Assembly (NCBI GenBank): GCA_963664705.1
Contig: OY761556.1
Span: 32,001 to 96,000 of the forward strand
Direction: 5' to 3'
Source of the DNA: Acidobacteriota bacterium
Lineage (GTDB): Bacteria; Acidobacteriota; UBA6911
Length of the DNA: 64,000 nt
The first letter of the stretch is position 1. Each line of letters starts with the position of its first letter. Under the pieces are notes generated by a model. It was not told where the DNA came from, made no database searches, and was given only the letters and a program-made list of their open reading frames with translations. Positions 28,367 through 38,575 of the stretch are shown here, in pieces. The translations under genes were made by a program, and so were the position numbers.

Positions 28367-30874
28367 ATGAAAAGATACGCGTGCCTGATCTGCTTGTTGT
28401 GCATGGCCTTAACCGTTGTCCTTCATGCCGAAACGGGCCAGGAAGCCTGGTTGCGATATGCTCCCCTGAAAAACTCCGTTCGGGCGAAATATGCGTCGCT
28501 TCCCGCCGCTGTCGGGAGTATTGGCAATTCCAGAATCCTGGAGAGCGCGAGAGAGGAGTTGATTCGCGGTGTCCGCGGAATGCTGGGACGGACTCTCCGT
28601 TCTGAAAAAGAGTTCCCAAGAGAACCTGCTATTATTCTGACAACAGTAGATTCCCTGAAAAGTATTGCTCCCAATCTGGTCATCCCACCGGTCGGCAAAG
28701 AAGGCTATTGGCTGGGGGGAGTTAATATCCGTGGCAACCTGTGTCTTGTGGTTGCATCCCCGGATGAGCGAGGGATCCTCTATGGCGTCTTTGCGCTCCT
28801 CAGCAAGATAGCGCGTGAAGAGGACGTCAAGCTGCTCCATGATGCGCAATCTCCTTCCGCCCCAATCCGCTGGGTTGATCAGTGGGACAATCTCAACAGC
28901 ACCATTGAGCGCGGATATTCCGGACCATCCATTTTTTTTGAAAACGACAACGTTCGAGCGGATCTATCCCGCGTGGGCGAATATGGGCGTTTGCTCGCCT
29001 CGATCGGAATTAATGGCTGCACGATCAACAATGTGAATGCAAATCCGCGCGTCATTCAGGATGAATTTTTGCCCCAATTGGCCAGGATTGCCGATGCGTT
29101 CCGGCCATGGGGCGTTCGCCTGGGCGTATCGATAGATTTGAGCAGCCCTCAAAAAATCGGTGGCCTCAACACCTTTGATCCGGCAGACCCGAGAGTTCTG
29201 GAGTGGTGGGAGAAGCGAATCGATGCAATCTATCGGTATATACCCGATTTTGGCGGTTTTACCGTAAAGGCGGATTCCGAAGGACGACTGGGGCCCTCCC
29301 AATACGGGCGTACGCCGGCCGACGCCGCCAACATGCTTGCCCGCGCGCTTAAGCCGAATGGAGGCGTCCTCTTCTATCGCGCATTTGTTTATGATCACAA
29401 TCTCGATTGGCGCAACCCGAAGAATGACAGGGCTCGTGCTGCGTATGATATCTTCCATCCCCTCGACGGCAAGTTCGATGACAACGTCATTATTCAGATC
29501 AAGCATGGCCCCATAGACTTTCAGGCGCGCGAACCGGTCTCCCCGGTTTTCGGAGGACTTCAGAAGACACGGACTGCCGTGGAACTGCCTGTGATGCAGG
29601 AATACACGGGGCAGCAGCGCCACCTCTGCTTCCTGATGCCCTATTGGAAAAATATTCTCGATTTCGATCTCCAGGCGAACGGCTCGAGCACACTTGTGAA
29701 GAATATTCTCGCAGGCAGGAGTTTTGGAACAGCGGGGGGAGGCTATGTTGCGGTCGTGAACGTGGGGATGGAACCGAACTGGCTGGGACACCCGATGGGG
29801 ATGGCAAATTTATTCGGATTTGGACGGCTTGCCTGGAACCCCGATCTGTCTGCGAGCGATATCGCCGATGAATGGACGCGCCTTACCTTCGGTACGGAGC
29901 AGAAGACCGTTCTGACGATCTCCAATATGTTGATGAGTTCCTGGGAGACCTATGAAAGCTACACCGGACCGTTAGGAGCTCAGACCTTTACCGATATCCT
30001 CGGCAGCCATTTTGGCCCGAACGTGGAAGCCTCGGAGCGAAATGGCTGGGGGCAATGGCACCGTGCCGATCAGAACGGTATCGGGATGGACCGCACTGTT
30101 GTCAGCGGGACGGGATTTACCGGCCAATATGCGCTTCCGGTGGGTGCCGTGTACGAATCGCTTCAGACCATTCCCGACAACCTGCTCCTCTTCTTTCATC
30201 ATGTCCCGTATACCTACCGGCTTCAATCGGGCAAGACTCTGATCCAGCATATCTATGATGTCCATTACCAGGGCGCCGAACAGGCGGAAGCCTATGTGGA
30301 CCAGTGGAGAACTTTGGAGGGATCCATGGATGAAGCGCGATTCCGCCAGGTATTGGATCGGCTGGAATTCCAGGCAGGGCATGCGCGCGTATGGCGGGAT
30401 GCCATATGCAACTACTTCCAAAAGCTATCTGGTATCCGCGATGCATCCAATCGCGTCGGGAACTATCCGGACCGCGTCGAAGCCGAGAGTATGCAATTGA
30501 ACGGCTATGCGATTATCGATGTCACTCCCTGGGAGAATGCTTCCGGCGCCAGGGGAATTGAATGCAATAACCCACAGGGCTGCAGCGCCATTTTCCGCTT
30601 CGACCGTTCAGCGGGCTGGTACGACATGGAAGTAGAGTACTACGACCTGCCTGACCGCGAATCAAAGTTTCGCGTGCTGATCAATGGCCAGTTTGTCGAT
30701 GCATGGGTCGCAAACAACCATCTCACGGCGAAGAAGCCCGGAGGGGATTCCTCGAGTCGCAGGCGAATTAAAGGCCTGGCGCTTCGAACTGGCGATGAAA
30801 TCAGAATTGAAGGGATTCCTGACCGCGATGAACATGCCGGTCTGGATTTCGTGAGTGTTTATGGAAGCAGATAG
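28367..30874 (+). CDS. aguA: Alpha-glucuronidase GH67 with signal peptide and C-terminal CBM-like extension
   Basis: AWLRY, WDNLNSTIERGY, INNVNA, VKADSEG, IKHGPIDFQAREP, QEYTGQQ, LLFFHH. Confidence 0.92.
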   Translation: MKRYACLICLLCMALTVVLHAETGQEAWLRYAPLKNSVRAKYASLPAAVGSIGNSRILESAREELIRGVRGMLGRTLRSEKEFPREPAIILTTVDSLKSIAPNLVIPPVGKEGYWLGGVNIRGNLCLVVASPDERGILYGVFALLSKIAREEDVKLLHDAQSPSAPIRWVDQWDNLNSTIERGYSGPSIFFENDNVRADLSRVGEYGRLLASIGINGCTINNVNANPRVIQDEFLPQLARIADAFRPWGVRLGVSIDLSSPQKIGGLNTFDPADPRVLEWWEKRIDAIYRYIPDFGGFTVKADSEGRLGPSQYGRTPADAANMLARALKPNGGVLFYRAFVYDHNLDWRNPKNDRARAAYDIFHPLDGKFDDNVIIQIKHGPIDFQAREPVSPVFGGLQKTRTAVELPVMQEYTGQQRHLCFLMPYWKNILDFDLQANGSSTLVKNILAGRSFGTAGGGYVAVVNVGMEPNWLGHPMGMANLFGFGRLAWNPDLSASDIADEWTRLTFGTEQKTVLTISNMLMSSWETYESYTGPLGAQTFTDILGSHFGPNVEASERNGWGQWHRADQNGIGMDRTVVSGTGFTGQYALPVGAVYESLQTIPDNLLLFFHHVPYTYRLQSGKTLIQHIYDVHYQGAEQAEAYVDQWRTLEGSMDEARFRQVLDRLEFQAGHARVWRDAICNYFQKLSGIRDASNRVGNYPDRVEAESMQLNGYAIIDVTPWENASGARGIECNNPQGCSAIFRFDRSAGWYDMEVEYYDLPDRESKFRVLINGQFVDAWVANNHLTAKKPGGDSSSRRRIKGLALRTGDEIRIEGIPDRDEHAGLDFVSVYGSR

Positions 30875-30904
30875 ATCAAGAGATACTAGAGCGAGTCGAG
30901 AAAC

Positions 30905-31444
30905 CTATTCCGGGGGCTGAAGGGTTTTTTTGAGCGGACCAAGATCGTAATTCTGTGCTTTCAGACGCTGCAGAATGGCTTCATAGGTGCCGGTATCCAT
31001 GTGAGGCTTGCGGCTGAGAATCCATAGGTAGGTTCTTTTGGGATGCCCGATGACGGCATATTCGTATCCGGGGGCAAGGTCAATAATCCAGTAATCGCCG
31101 GAGAAAGGCCAAAAAAAGCTCACTTTCAATTTTGAATTTGTTTGTTTGTCGACAACCCAGGCTTTTCCCTTTGCCTGCCGCATTTTGCCGTCGAGGGTCT
31201 TATCCCGGCATTCATTCAGGACGTTCACCTTGCCATCGTTGCGTAGCGAATAGGTCGCGGTGCTTGCAGTGCAGCCCTTTTGAAACCATTGCGGGAAGCT
31301 GGCGATTTCATACCACTTGCCCATATAGCGTTCGAGTTCCACCTTGGGAACCGTTCGCAGGGGTGGCAGATTGTCCGCCGCGCGGATGATCTGAGGGAAG
31401 AGGGCGGCCGTGGCAATTATGCAAAATCCTAATATGCTTCGCAT
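30905..31444 (-). CDS. blc: Bacterial lipocalin (Blc-like)
   Basis: RYMGKWYEIA, LKVSFFWPF, YLWILSR. Confidence 0.88.
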   Translation of the reverse strand: MRSILGFCIIATAALFPQIIRAADNLPPLRTVPKVELERYMGKWYEIASFPQWFQKGCTASTATYSLRNDGKVNVLNECRDKTLDGKMRQAKGKAWVVDKQTNSKLKVSFFWPFSGDYWIIDLAPGYEYAVIGHPKRTYLWILSRKPHMDTGTYEAILQRLKAQNYDLGPLKKTLQPPE

Positions 31445-31557
31445 GTTTGCTATATGTAGGATGCCGCTTCTCAGTTGTCAAATACGTCTGCAGGCGCTTT
31501 TTGCTTTCCGCCTGCCTCAGGGTTTGGGTCCCTGAGGCAGGCGATGCGGATATGGGC

Positions 31558-33780
31558 CTAGTTGCCTCCGACAATCCGGTACAGTTGGCCCCGAAGCGAT
31601 ACCACCAGTTCTTCGCCGGGACGTTGAGTGGCAAGAACCTGGTTTTCGGTAACGCTGTTTTGAGCAGCCAGCCTGAAATATTCCTCGCTGAACTGGGTAA
31701 CTGTTTTTGCCTGGGCATTGAGCTTTGATATGTCCTTATCTGAAACGGAGCTGTCGATCCACTGTCGGCCTCTTTTATAGAGCGCACGATTTCCAACATT
31801 CTGAACGCTGTTCAGATGCTCGGTTTCATTGGACTCATAACTGGAGAGTTTGCTTTTGCCCATTTGGGCGGAACCTTTACCGGGCAGAGACGGAGCGGGA
31901 GCAACGGTTGCATTATTCATGGCAGATCGATTCATGGCATTCATCTGTCCCACACCGCCGCTTACGTCTGAGATTAGTGTGCTCGAGGCGCTGACGCCCT
32001 CACGCATGAGAGTCATCTGATCAGATAAAACGGTTCGTTCATCGGCAAGGAAGCTGGTATAGGGAGTGATGATGCCATACTGCTTGCTCAACCTGACCAG
32101 TTCATCCATGACTTCCGTCGAACGGCCGTTCAGCTGAATCTGGTCCAAAAGAAAACCGATTCGCCGGACTGCCCAAAGCTGCTCGAGAAAGGCATAGCTG
32201 AATCTGTCTGAGGTACGGGCAAATTCTGCAGAATAGCGAAAGGTCTGGGCTTTTCCCGCATAGTTGCCGGAAATCGAGAAACTCGCGGTTCCAGCTCCGC
32301 TGTATTTCCCAACCAGGATGATCTGATCCCCTTCGAAAAGGTCCGGAATTGTCTGTGGATAGGTCAGGGTGGTTTTAACGCCCGCGAATGAAATAGACAG
32401 ATCCGTCATGATGGGATTCTTCAGTTTGTTATAGAGCGAAGAAATCTTGGATTCGAGTGATTCCCGTTCCTTTACATAGCCGCTGACTCCGCGGTTTTCT
32501 CCCACCAATCTGTCCAATAGTCTAACGTTTACATCATAGCCGATTCCCATGGCGAAAATATGGGCGCGCACATTTTCATTTGCAGCCAGAGTGTCTTTGA
32601 GAATGGCGGATTCGTTGGTTTGCCCGACTGTCGGAAGCCCGTCCGTCAGAAACAGGATATACCGGGACCGCTTTTCCAGTGTGCCGGAACCGGCGGCTTT
32701 AACTGCCCATGCAAGCGCATCATGAATATTTGTGCCGCCGGATGCGTGAATCCGGTCAATCATGCTCAATGCCTTATCGATATTGGTTCGATCATTCGAT
32801 ACGAGCGATTCAAACAGCGGCTCGATGGCATCGTTATACGCAACCACATTGAAACGATCCGCGGGATTGAGATTTCTTAAGACAAAGGTCAGCGATGCTT
32901 TTGCCTGCTCGATCTTTTCTCCGGACATGCTTCCTGATCGATCCAATGCAATTACCATGTCTTTGGGGATGATGGGCGGTTTTTCCTGCCTGGGAGTAGG
33001 ACTTGCCATCAGCAGGAAGTATCCATCTTCATTTTCGTGTGGGCGAAAGGAGAGGACTGTTGCGCCGACGGAATCCCTGCTGGGCTGGTATAGCAGGCGG
33101 AAGTCCGTGGATGGAATGTCCTGAGAGACTTTATAGGTTGCGACAACCCGTTCAGGTGAAGGCCTTTCTATAACTACGTCGTGTGTCGGCGAATAGGCGG
33201 AGGAAATGGGAGCCTTTTCCAGGAGATCCGCTTTGATCTCCACTTCGTCAATAGCCTTGGATGAGAATTTCTCCGTATTGAGCGGGTAGAATACTTCCAC
33301 GATGTCCCCATCCTTTTTGCACAGATCGGTATAATGCACCCCGACTCGCACCTGTTTCCCGGGCAAAAGAGGAAATGCCGACGTTCGATACATCCCGTAA
33401 TTCACATACTCAAGAAGTGCGGGATCTCTCTTGGTGCGGACGATATCTTCGTAGGTTCTCCTGGCTTCTTCAGCGCTTAATATCCTTCCCCTGAACTCCT
33501 TCCCGTCGACCAGGAGCGTCAGGCTGTCAATGGCAGCGGATGGGGGAATGGGAAACACATATTGCACCTCAATCATGCCGGAGCCGGTGTTGACAAAGGC
33601 CTGGTCGATGGAAACATCGGCCACCCGGTCGCGAACGCGGATATTGACATGGTGATATTTCACAGCCCAAGAACTTCGGACATGCATGTCCGGACGTATC
33701 GGTACTATCAGCCCATCTGCTTCGCAGAGGGAATTCGTGAACGAAAATAGGAATGCTGCAATGAGGATTCGAAGTTTCAT
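31558..33780 (-). CDS. Secreted VIT + vWA domain protein
   Basis: Signal peptide, VIT-like N-terminus, MIDAS DRSGSM, GGTNI, FLTDG. Confidence 0.88.
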   Translation of the reverse strand: MKLRILIAAFLFSFTNSLCEADGLIVPIRPDMHVRSSWAVKYHHVNIRVRDRVADVSIDQAFVNTGSGMIEVQYVFPIPPSAAIDSLTLLVDGKEFRGRILSAEEARRTYEDIVRTKRDPALLEYVNYGMYRTSAFPLLPGKQVRVGVHYTDLCKKDGDIVEVFYPLNTEKFSSKAIDEVEIKADLLEKAPISSAYSPTHDVVIERPSPERVVATYKVSQDIPSTDFRLLYQPSRDSVGATVLSFRPHENEDGYFLLMASPTPRQEKPPIIPKDMVIALDRSGSMSGEKIEQAKASLTFVLRNLNPADRFNVVAYNDAIEPLFESLVSNDRTNIDKALSMIDRIHASGGTNIHDALAWAVKAAGSGTLEKRSRYILFLTDGLPTVGQTNESAILKDTLAANENVRAHIFAMGIGYDVNVRLLDRLVGENRGVSGYVKERESLESKISSLYNKLKNPIMTDLSISFAGVKTTLTYPQTIPDLFEGDQIILVGKYSGAGTASFSISGNYAGKAQTFRYSAEFARTSDRFSYAFLEQLWAVRRIGFLLDQIQLNGRSTEVMDELVRLSKQYGIITPYTSFLADERTVLSDQMTLMREGVSASSTLISDVSGGVGQMNAMNRSAMNNATVAPAPSLPGKGSAQMGKSKLSSYESNETEHLNSVQNVGNRALYKRGRQWIDSSVSDKDISKLNAQAKTVTQFSEEYFRLAAQNSVTENQVLATQRPGEELVVSLRGQLYRIVGGN

Positions 33781-33945
33781 AGCCTGTCCTTCCGTGAGAT
33801 TGCCTCTTGCTATAGAGACGCGGGCTGGTGGGAAGCTTGCAGATTAATTTATTGCAGCGGGCAAGATTTTGGATTCCAGATTCCGGATTTCACGCAGGAA
33901 TTGGAAATCGAGGATCCGGGAAACCGGAATCTCCTCAGCGGGTGA

Positions 33946-34950
33946 CTATGGTTTGAAGGCTTCCACTACGGCATCCATGTGATCGCCCTGGCGGATCAGC
34001 TTTACCTGGATGAATCCCGCCTGCAGCAGGCCGGATTCGATTTCCTCGTAGGTATAACAACCCCCGCCCGAGGTTCCGACAAGCATATTGATCGCAAAAA
34101 TCGCGCCGTCGCGAGGGCGGGTTTTTCCCGGGGCCATGACGTGGTCTCGTACCAGGATTCTGCCTCCGGGCTTCAGTGCGCGGAAAGCCTTTTTATATAA
34201 ATCCAGATTTTCCTCGAGGCTCAGCGAATGGATAATTGCCGAGATCAGGGCTAAATCATGGCCTCCCGGCAACTCGTTTTCGTAGTAACTGCCCGGCACC
34301 AGCGTGACACGGTTGAGCAGCCCTTCCTTGGCGAAGCGCTCCCGGGCCATTTCCACCACTTCGGGCAGGTCAAATAATGTTGCCTTCATTTCGGGAACTG
34401 CCCGGAGAAATGCAATGGTATAGGTGCCGGAGCCGCCGGCAATGTCTATCAGGGCTCGCGCATTTTCGGCGTGGACCGAAGCTACGATCTGTTTGGCAAG
34501 CGGGGATCCAATGGAATGCATGGCACCGATAAAGGCACGCAGATCCTCGTCATGGCGGGTGAAATCAAACTCCTCCTTGGAGGCACCTTTTGCGATGTCT
34601 GGGAGCCGCGACCACCTCTCCCAGAGATAGGACATGTGCAGTACCATCGGCAGAACGGATTCCGGTGAATCTGCGGAAAGCAATCGGGCGATAGAATCCT
34701 CACAGGAATACGTCTGATCGAGTTTGGCCAGAAGCCCTATTGCGACCACTGCATCAAGCAGCGTGGCAATGGCGCGGGCATCCCCCTTGATCTTGTCGGC
34801 AATTTGAGCGGCAGTGAGCGGCTCCTGATGCAACAGCGTAAAAACATTGAGCTCTGCGGCGGCGTGTAGAATTCTGCACTCCATAAAACTCTGTGCCAAC
34901 TGCAAAATTTCTCTCGGGTCCGCAGTGTTTGTCATGGGAATAGCTTTCAA
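33946..34950 (-). CDS. SAM-dependent O-methyltransferase with dimerisation domain
   Basis: AAELNVF, IDIAGGSG, FDLPEV, LKPGGRI. Confidence 0.88.
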   Translation of the reverse strand: MKAIPMTNTADPREILQLAQSFMECRILHAAAELNVFTLLHQEPLTAAQIADKIKGDARAIATLLDAVVAIGLLAKLDQTYSCEDSIARLLSADSPESVLPMVLHMSYLWERWSRLPDIAKGASKEEFDFTRHDEDLRAFIGAMHSIGSPLAKQIVASVHAENARALIDIAGGSGTYTIAFLRAVPEMKATLFDLPEVVEMARERFAKEGLLNRVTLVPGSYYENELPGGHDLALISAIIHSLSLEENLDLYKKAFRALKPGGRILVRDHVMAPGKTRPRDGAIFAINMLVGTSGGGCYTYEEIESGLLQAGFIQVKLIRQGDHMDAVVEAFKP

Positions 34951-34959
34951 TTTCTGAGG

Positions 34960-35001
34960 ACATCACGAATCCCACAATGCTGTGGGATTCGTGATGTTTT
35001 G
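34960..35001. terminator. Intrinsic terminator hairpin downstream of the FAD subunit gene
   Basis: ACATCACGAATCCCACA-ATGC-TGTGGGATTCGTGATGT perfect 17-bp stem. Confidence 0.8.
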
Positions 35002-35007
35002 TTTCGG

Positions 35008-35958
35008 TTAGACGGCAGCCAGGAGAGCTCGTTTTACGAGCGTTTTGGCGATCTGGACTTTGTACTTGGTGGCACTCAACGGCTTGGCGTCTTCAACCGC
35101 AGCCGCGCCGGCCGCTTCGGCATTGGCTTCATTGATGGCCTTGCCCGCGATCGCCGCTTCGGCCTTGACCGCGCGATACGGTTTCGGGGCAACGGCATTC
35201 AGAGCAATCCTCGGAGCTCCTCCCCCCACCATCACGGCACAGTTGACGATCGGGAAATCGATCGACTTGCGGATGGCGAATTTGAGAAAAGCGCTCTTGG
35301 CACCGGCCGGAGGGGTCGGGACCTGGATTTCGGTGATGAATTCGCCGGCAGCGAGAACGGTGTTGCCGGGGAATTTGACATCAAAGAAATTCTCGGCATT
35401 GATCTTGCGCGTGTTGGTCACCACGGAGGCATTCAAAGCAATGAGAGCCGGGGCGACGTCGCTGGGATGAACGGCGATGCACTTGTTGACGTTGCCGAAG
35501 ATGGAGTGATAGCGGTTGTCGCCCATCATGGCAAAGCAGGTTGTGCCACCCTTGCGGACGCAAGGGAACCGGTTTTCCGGCTTCCGGAAGTACCAGCAGC
35601 GGTGGAGCTGAGCGATGTTGCCGCCGATGGTGCCCATGTCGCGGACATGGGGCGTGGCGACGCGCAGAGCTGCCTGAGCCAGAGCGGTGTATTTCGCATT
35701 GATGTCCTTGTTGGCGGCGATATCCGCAAGGCGTGTGGTGGCACCGATTTTCAGGATACCGGCTTCTTCCTTGATGTAATCGAGACCCGGGGTAACGGTC
35801 TTGATGTTAATCACGGCTTCGGGGTACGTGGGAAGGATGTTGTCCTTGAGCCGGCCGATGAGATCGGTGCCCCCGGCAATGATTTCTGTTTTTCCGCCGG
35901 CAAGGGCAGTTTTGACCTCGGCCAGGGTTTTTGCATTCGTATGATTGAAACCTTTCAT
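35008..35958 (-). CDS. Xanthine dehydrogenase-family FAD subunit (PaoB/YagS-like, with Cys insert)
   Basis: AGGTDL, TIGGNI, RCWYFR...C...C...C, HPSD, ALNAVAPKP. Confidence 0.9.
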   Translation of the reverse strand: MKGFNHTNAKTLAEVKTALAGGKTEIIAGGTDLIGRLKDNILPTYPEAVINIKTVTPGLDYIKEEAGILKIGATTRLADIAANKDINAKYTALAQAALRVATPHVRDMGTIGGNIAQLHRCWYFRKPENRFPCVRKGGTTCFAMMGDNRYHSIFGNVNKCIAVHPSDVAPALIALNASVVTNTRKINAENFFDVKFPGNTVLAAGEFITEIQVPTPPAGAKSAFLKFAIRKSIDFPIVNCAVMVGGGAPRIALNAVAPKPYRAVKAEAAIAGKAINEANAEAAGAAAVEDAKPLSATKYKVQIAKTLVKRALLAAV

Positions 35959-35970
35959 GAGTGTCTCCTC

Positions 35971-36678
35971 CTATGCCTTGCCCATAGCCTGAGCGGCTTC
36001 CATAATTGCGGTAGGATGCCGCGGGTAGGTTCCGCAGCAGCAGATATTGCCGGCGAGAGCCTGTTTGCAGTCATTCTCGGTCGGATTGGGATTCTTCTGC
36101 AGCAGAGCCTTGGCCGAAACGACGAAGCCCGGAGTGCAGTAGCCGCACTGCATCGCGTCCCACTTGCAATAAGACTGGATGAGGGAGCGCCATTTGGGAT
36201 CGGCAGCAATGCCTTCGACGGTCTCGATGGATTTGCCCTCGCATTCGACCGCCAGGGTCGAGCAGGAGAGGACGGTTCTGCCGTCAATGTTCACGGAGCA
36301 GGAACCGCATACGCCGCGGTCGCACATCTGCTTGGCTCCGGTAAGACCGAGTTTGAACTGCAGGGTGCGCTGAAGAGTCCAATGGGGCTCGATGAGAACT
36401 TCGTAGTCCTTGCCATTGACTTTGAGCTTGGTGGTAACGGGAAGGACCTGTCCGGGATGCGCCTGGGCGAAATGGGCCTTGAGGCTGCCGTAGGTGTTGA
36501 AATCCTTGGCGCAGATCGGGCACCTGAAATTGGTGATGGTCGAAGGGGCCTCTGCAGCAGCAGCGGCAGCCGCTTCGGTAGACAGGGTCAGACCTGCTCC
36601 CAGAGAACTGCCGGCAACCACAGCACCGGCGCTTTTAAGGAAGTTTCTGCGATTCAACCCGGTTTCTTTTTCCGCCAT
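35971..36678 (-). CDS. Xanthine dehydrogenase-family 2x[2Fe-2S] subunit (PaoA/YagT-like) with Tat signal and C2H2 finger
   Basis: NRRNFLK; CDRGVCGSC; QCGYCTPG; GNICCCGTY. Confidence 0.9.
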   Translation of the reverse strand: MAEKETGLNRRNFLKSAGAVVAGSSLGAGLTLSTEAAAAAAAEAPSTITNFRCPICAKDFNTYGSLKAHFAQAHPGQVLPVTTKLKVNGKDYEVLIEPHWTLQRTLQFKLGLTGAKQMCDRGVCGSCSVNIDGRTVLSCSTLAVECEGKSIETVEGIAADPKWRSLIQSYCKWDAMQCGYCTPGFVVSAKALLQKNPNPTENDCKQALAGNICCCGTYPRHPTAIMEAAQAMGKA

Positions 36679-36917
36679 ATGGCTCTCCTTAGAAATAATC
36701 GACGAGAAACGATTGCGTGGGGCCCATCATAAAAGAGATGGCGGACAGAAGCAAGGATCACAAGACAGGATCACAAGATAGGAGACAGGAGGCAGGATTT
36801 TGAATAGGGATCAGGTGTATGCTGGGAACGGAATCGATTCTTCTCCGATTTCGACCGAAACCTATTGGGATCCAGGATCGTACACATAGGTACAATAAAG
36901 CCAATGGAGGAGGGATT

Positions 36918-37727
36918 GTGGAAACAGAAAGCAACACAGGATCCGTGCAGCCCGCGGAAGAGATAAAGCCTCGCAATTTTTTGGGCCGTTTGGGCGGAGT
37001 CTTCGCTTCTCCCCGAGAAGCTTTTGAGGAGATCGGCAGGTCTCCCAGTGTGCTTCTTCCCATGATACTTTTGATGCTGATGGGGATGGTTTCTTCCTAT
37101 TGCCTTTCACTGAAGGTCAATGTGAGTGCTCTGACCATGCAGCCTATTCTTGAGAGTCAGGTGGCGCAGGGTAACATGACCCAGGAGAAGGCGGATCAAG
37201 CGCTTCAGCCCATACTAAATCCTTCGACAGGATCAAAAATCTTCGGAGCCGTCAGCAGCGGAATTACGATCATCCTCATGGTCCTGATCATTGCTGGCGT
37301 TGCCAAGTTGATTTCAGCGGCATTTCTGGGGGCTGAAAACCGGTTTAAGGCCATTTTTGCCGTTTCTCTTTATGTCTGGCTGGTACCGGGGATTGTACAT
37401 ACGGTTTTGTTTCTCATCATTCTGTATTTCAAGAATCCCGCGGATATTACACTGCTGAGCGTCAATTCGCTGGTTGCCTCCAATCTTGAAGCGGTTTCAA
37501 TAAGCATTCTGGGTGAAGGGACTTTGCCGAAGTTCCTGGAGTCTCTCCTGGGCTGGGTCGACCTGTTTCCCATCTGGAAGATCGTCTTGATGGCTATCGG
37601 CTACGCGGCTGTTTCGCGCAAACTCAAGGCGGCAAAAGTGGCGACCTGGATTGTTGTCATCTATATCCTCATTGCTTTGATCGGTTCGGCCGGTTCATCG
37701 TTCCTTCGGACCAGGTTCGGGATGTAG
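36918..37727 (+). CDS. Yip1-family membrane protein
   Basis: RBS GGAGG then GTG 36918; GVFASPREAFEEI, DLFPIW; multiple TM helices. Confidence 0.78.
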   Translation: METESNTGSVQPAEEIKPRNFLGRLGGVFASPREAFEEIGRSPSVLLPMILLMLMGMVSSYCLSLKVNVSALTMQPILESQVAQGNMTQEKADQALQPILNPSTGSKIFGAVSSGITIILMVLIIAGVAKLISAAFLGAENRFKAIFAVSLYVWLVPGIVHTVLFLIILYFKNPADITLLSVNSLVASNLEAVSISILGEGTLPKFLESLLGWVDLFPIWKIVLMAIGYAAVSRKLKAAKVATWIVVIYILIALIGSAGSSFLRTRFGM

Positions 37728-37761
37728 TCGAATGACGGGCGCCGGCGACCGTCGGTGCCCG

Positions 37762-38562
37762 TCAAAAAACCTTGTCTGAGCCCACGCTCAATTCGCAGTA
37801 GCGGCAGTATTGCCTGAAGCCAATCTGTTCATAAACGCGAATGGCTGCCGCATTATCTTCCCTGACATTCAAGACAATCGTTGAGATCCCGGCGGCAAGG
37901 AGTGCCTGGGATACGGCACCTGTTGTGAGCCGTGCATAGCCACGTCCGCGCCGATCGGCGCGCGTGTATACATTGCCTATCGCAGCCGTCCCATAGTGGG
38001 GAGATACAATGTGCGTTCCTGCGATCGCGACCAGGTCATTGCCCTCGAAAAAGCCAAAAAAGGTTCCCTGAGTCAGCATGCGGGCATAAAAAAATTCCGG
38101 GGTTTCGCTTCCATATAAATTCAGGACTTTTTCTATGTGATCGGGTCCGATTGGGATCGTCCCCTCGATTGCCGATGGAGAAAAGCTCGTCAAATCCAGG
38201 AACATGCGAATCATCCGGCGCTCGTTCGTGATTCGAAATAAAGATCGGATGAGGGGCGCGGTATCGGCTCCGACGACTATTTCGCGATCCCCGGGCAACC
38301 CGGAGGCAATGGAATGAGGCTCCATGAGTGAGTTGTCTATTTCGCTGAGGATGGAGGCGAGGGATTCCGATGATTCAATGCAAAACACTATCGGCGTTAC
38401 GAACTCCCGGTAGAGCAATACGAGACCGGAACCGTCCTCGGCACAGAACCAGGAGGCGTGTTCGCGATGGCCAGGCTCCAGGTCTGCCAGCGCGTACGCC
38501 GTCCAGGAGCGATCCCTTTCCAGGCGGCCCAGGACAGCATCCAGGTCAAGTATTTTGGGCAA
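37762..38562 (-). CDS. GNAT acetyltransferase
   Basis: GNVYTRADRRGRGYA, NAAAIRVYEQIGF. Confidence 0.85.
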   Translation of the reverse strand: MPKILDLDAVLGRLERDRSWTAYALADLEPGHREHASWFCAEDGSGLVLLYREFVTPIVFCIESSESLASILSEIDNSLMEPHSIASGLPGDREIVVGADTAPLIRSLFRITNERRMIRMFLDLTSFSPSAIEGTIPIGPDHIEKVLNLYGSETPEFFYARMLTQGTFFGFFEGNDLVAIAGTHIVSPHYGTAAIGNVYTRADRRGRGYARLTTGAVSQALLAAGISTIVLNVREDNAAAIRVYEQIGFRQYCRYCELSVGSDKVF

Positions 38563-38575
38563 ACCGGCACTCCTT

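Noticed and set aside
34999-36732. 577-aa + strand ORF
   Set aside because: Shadow of the two molybdoenzyme subunit genes
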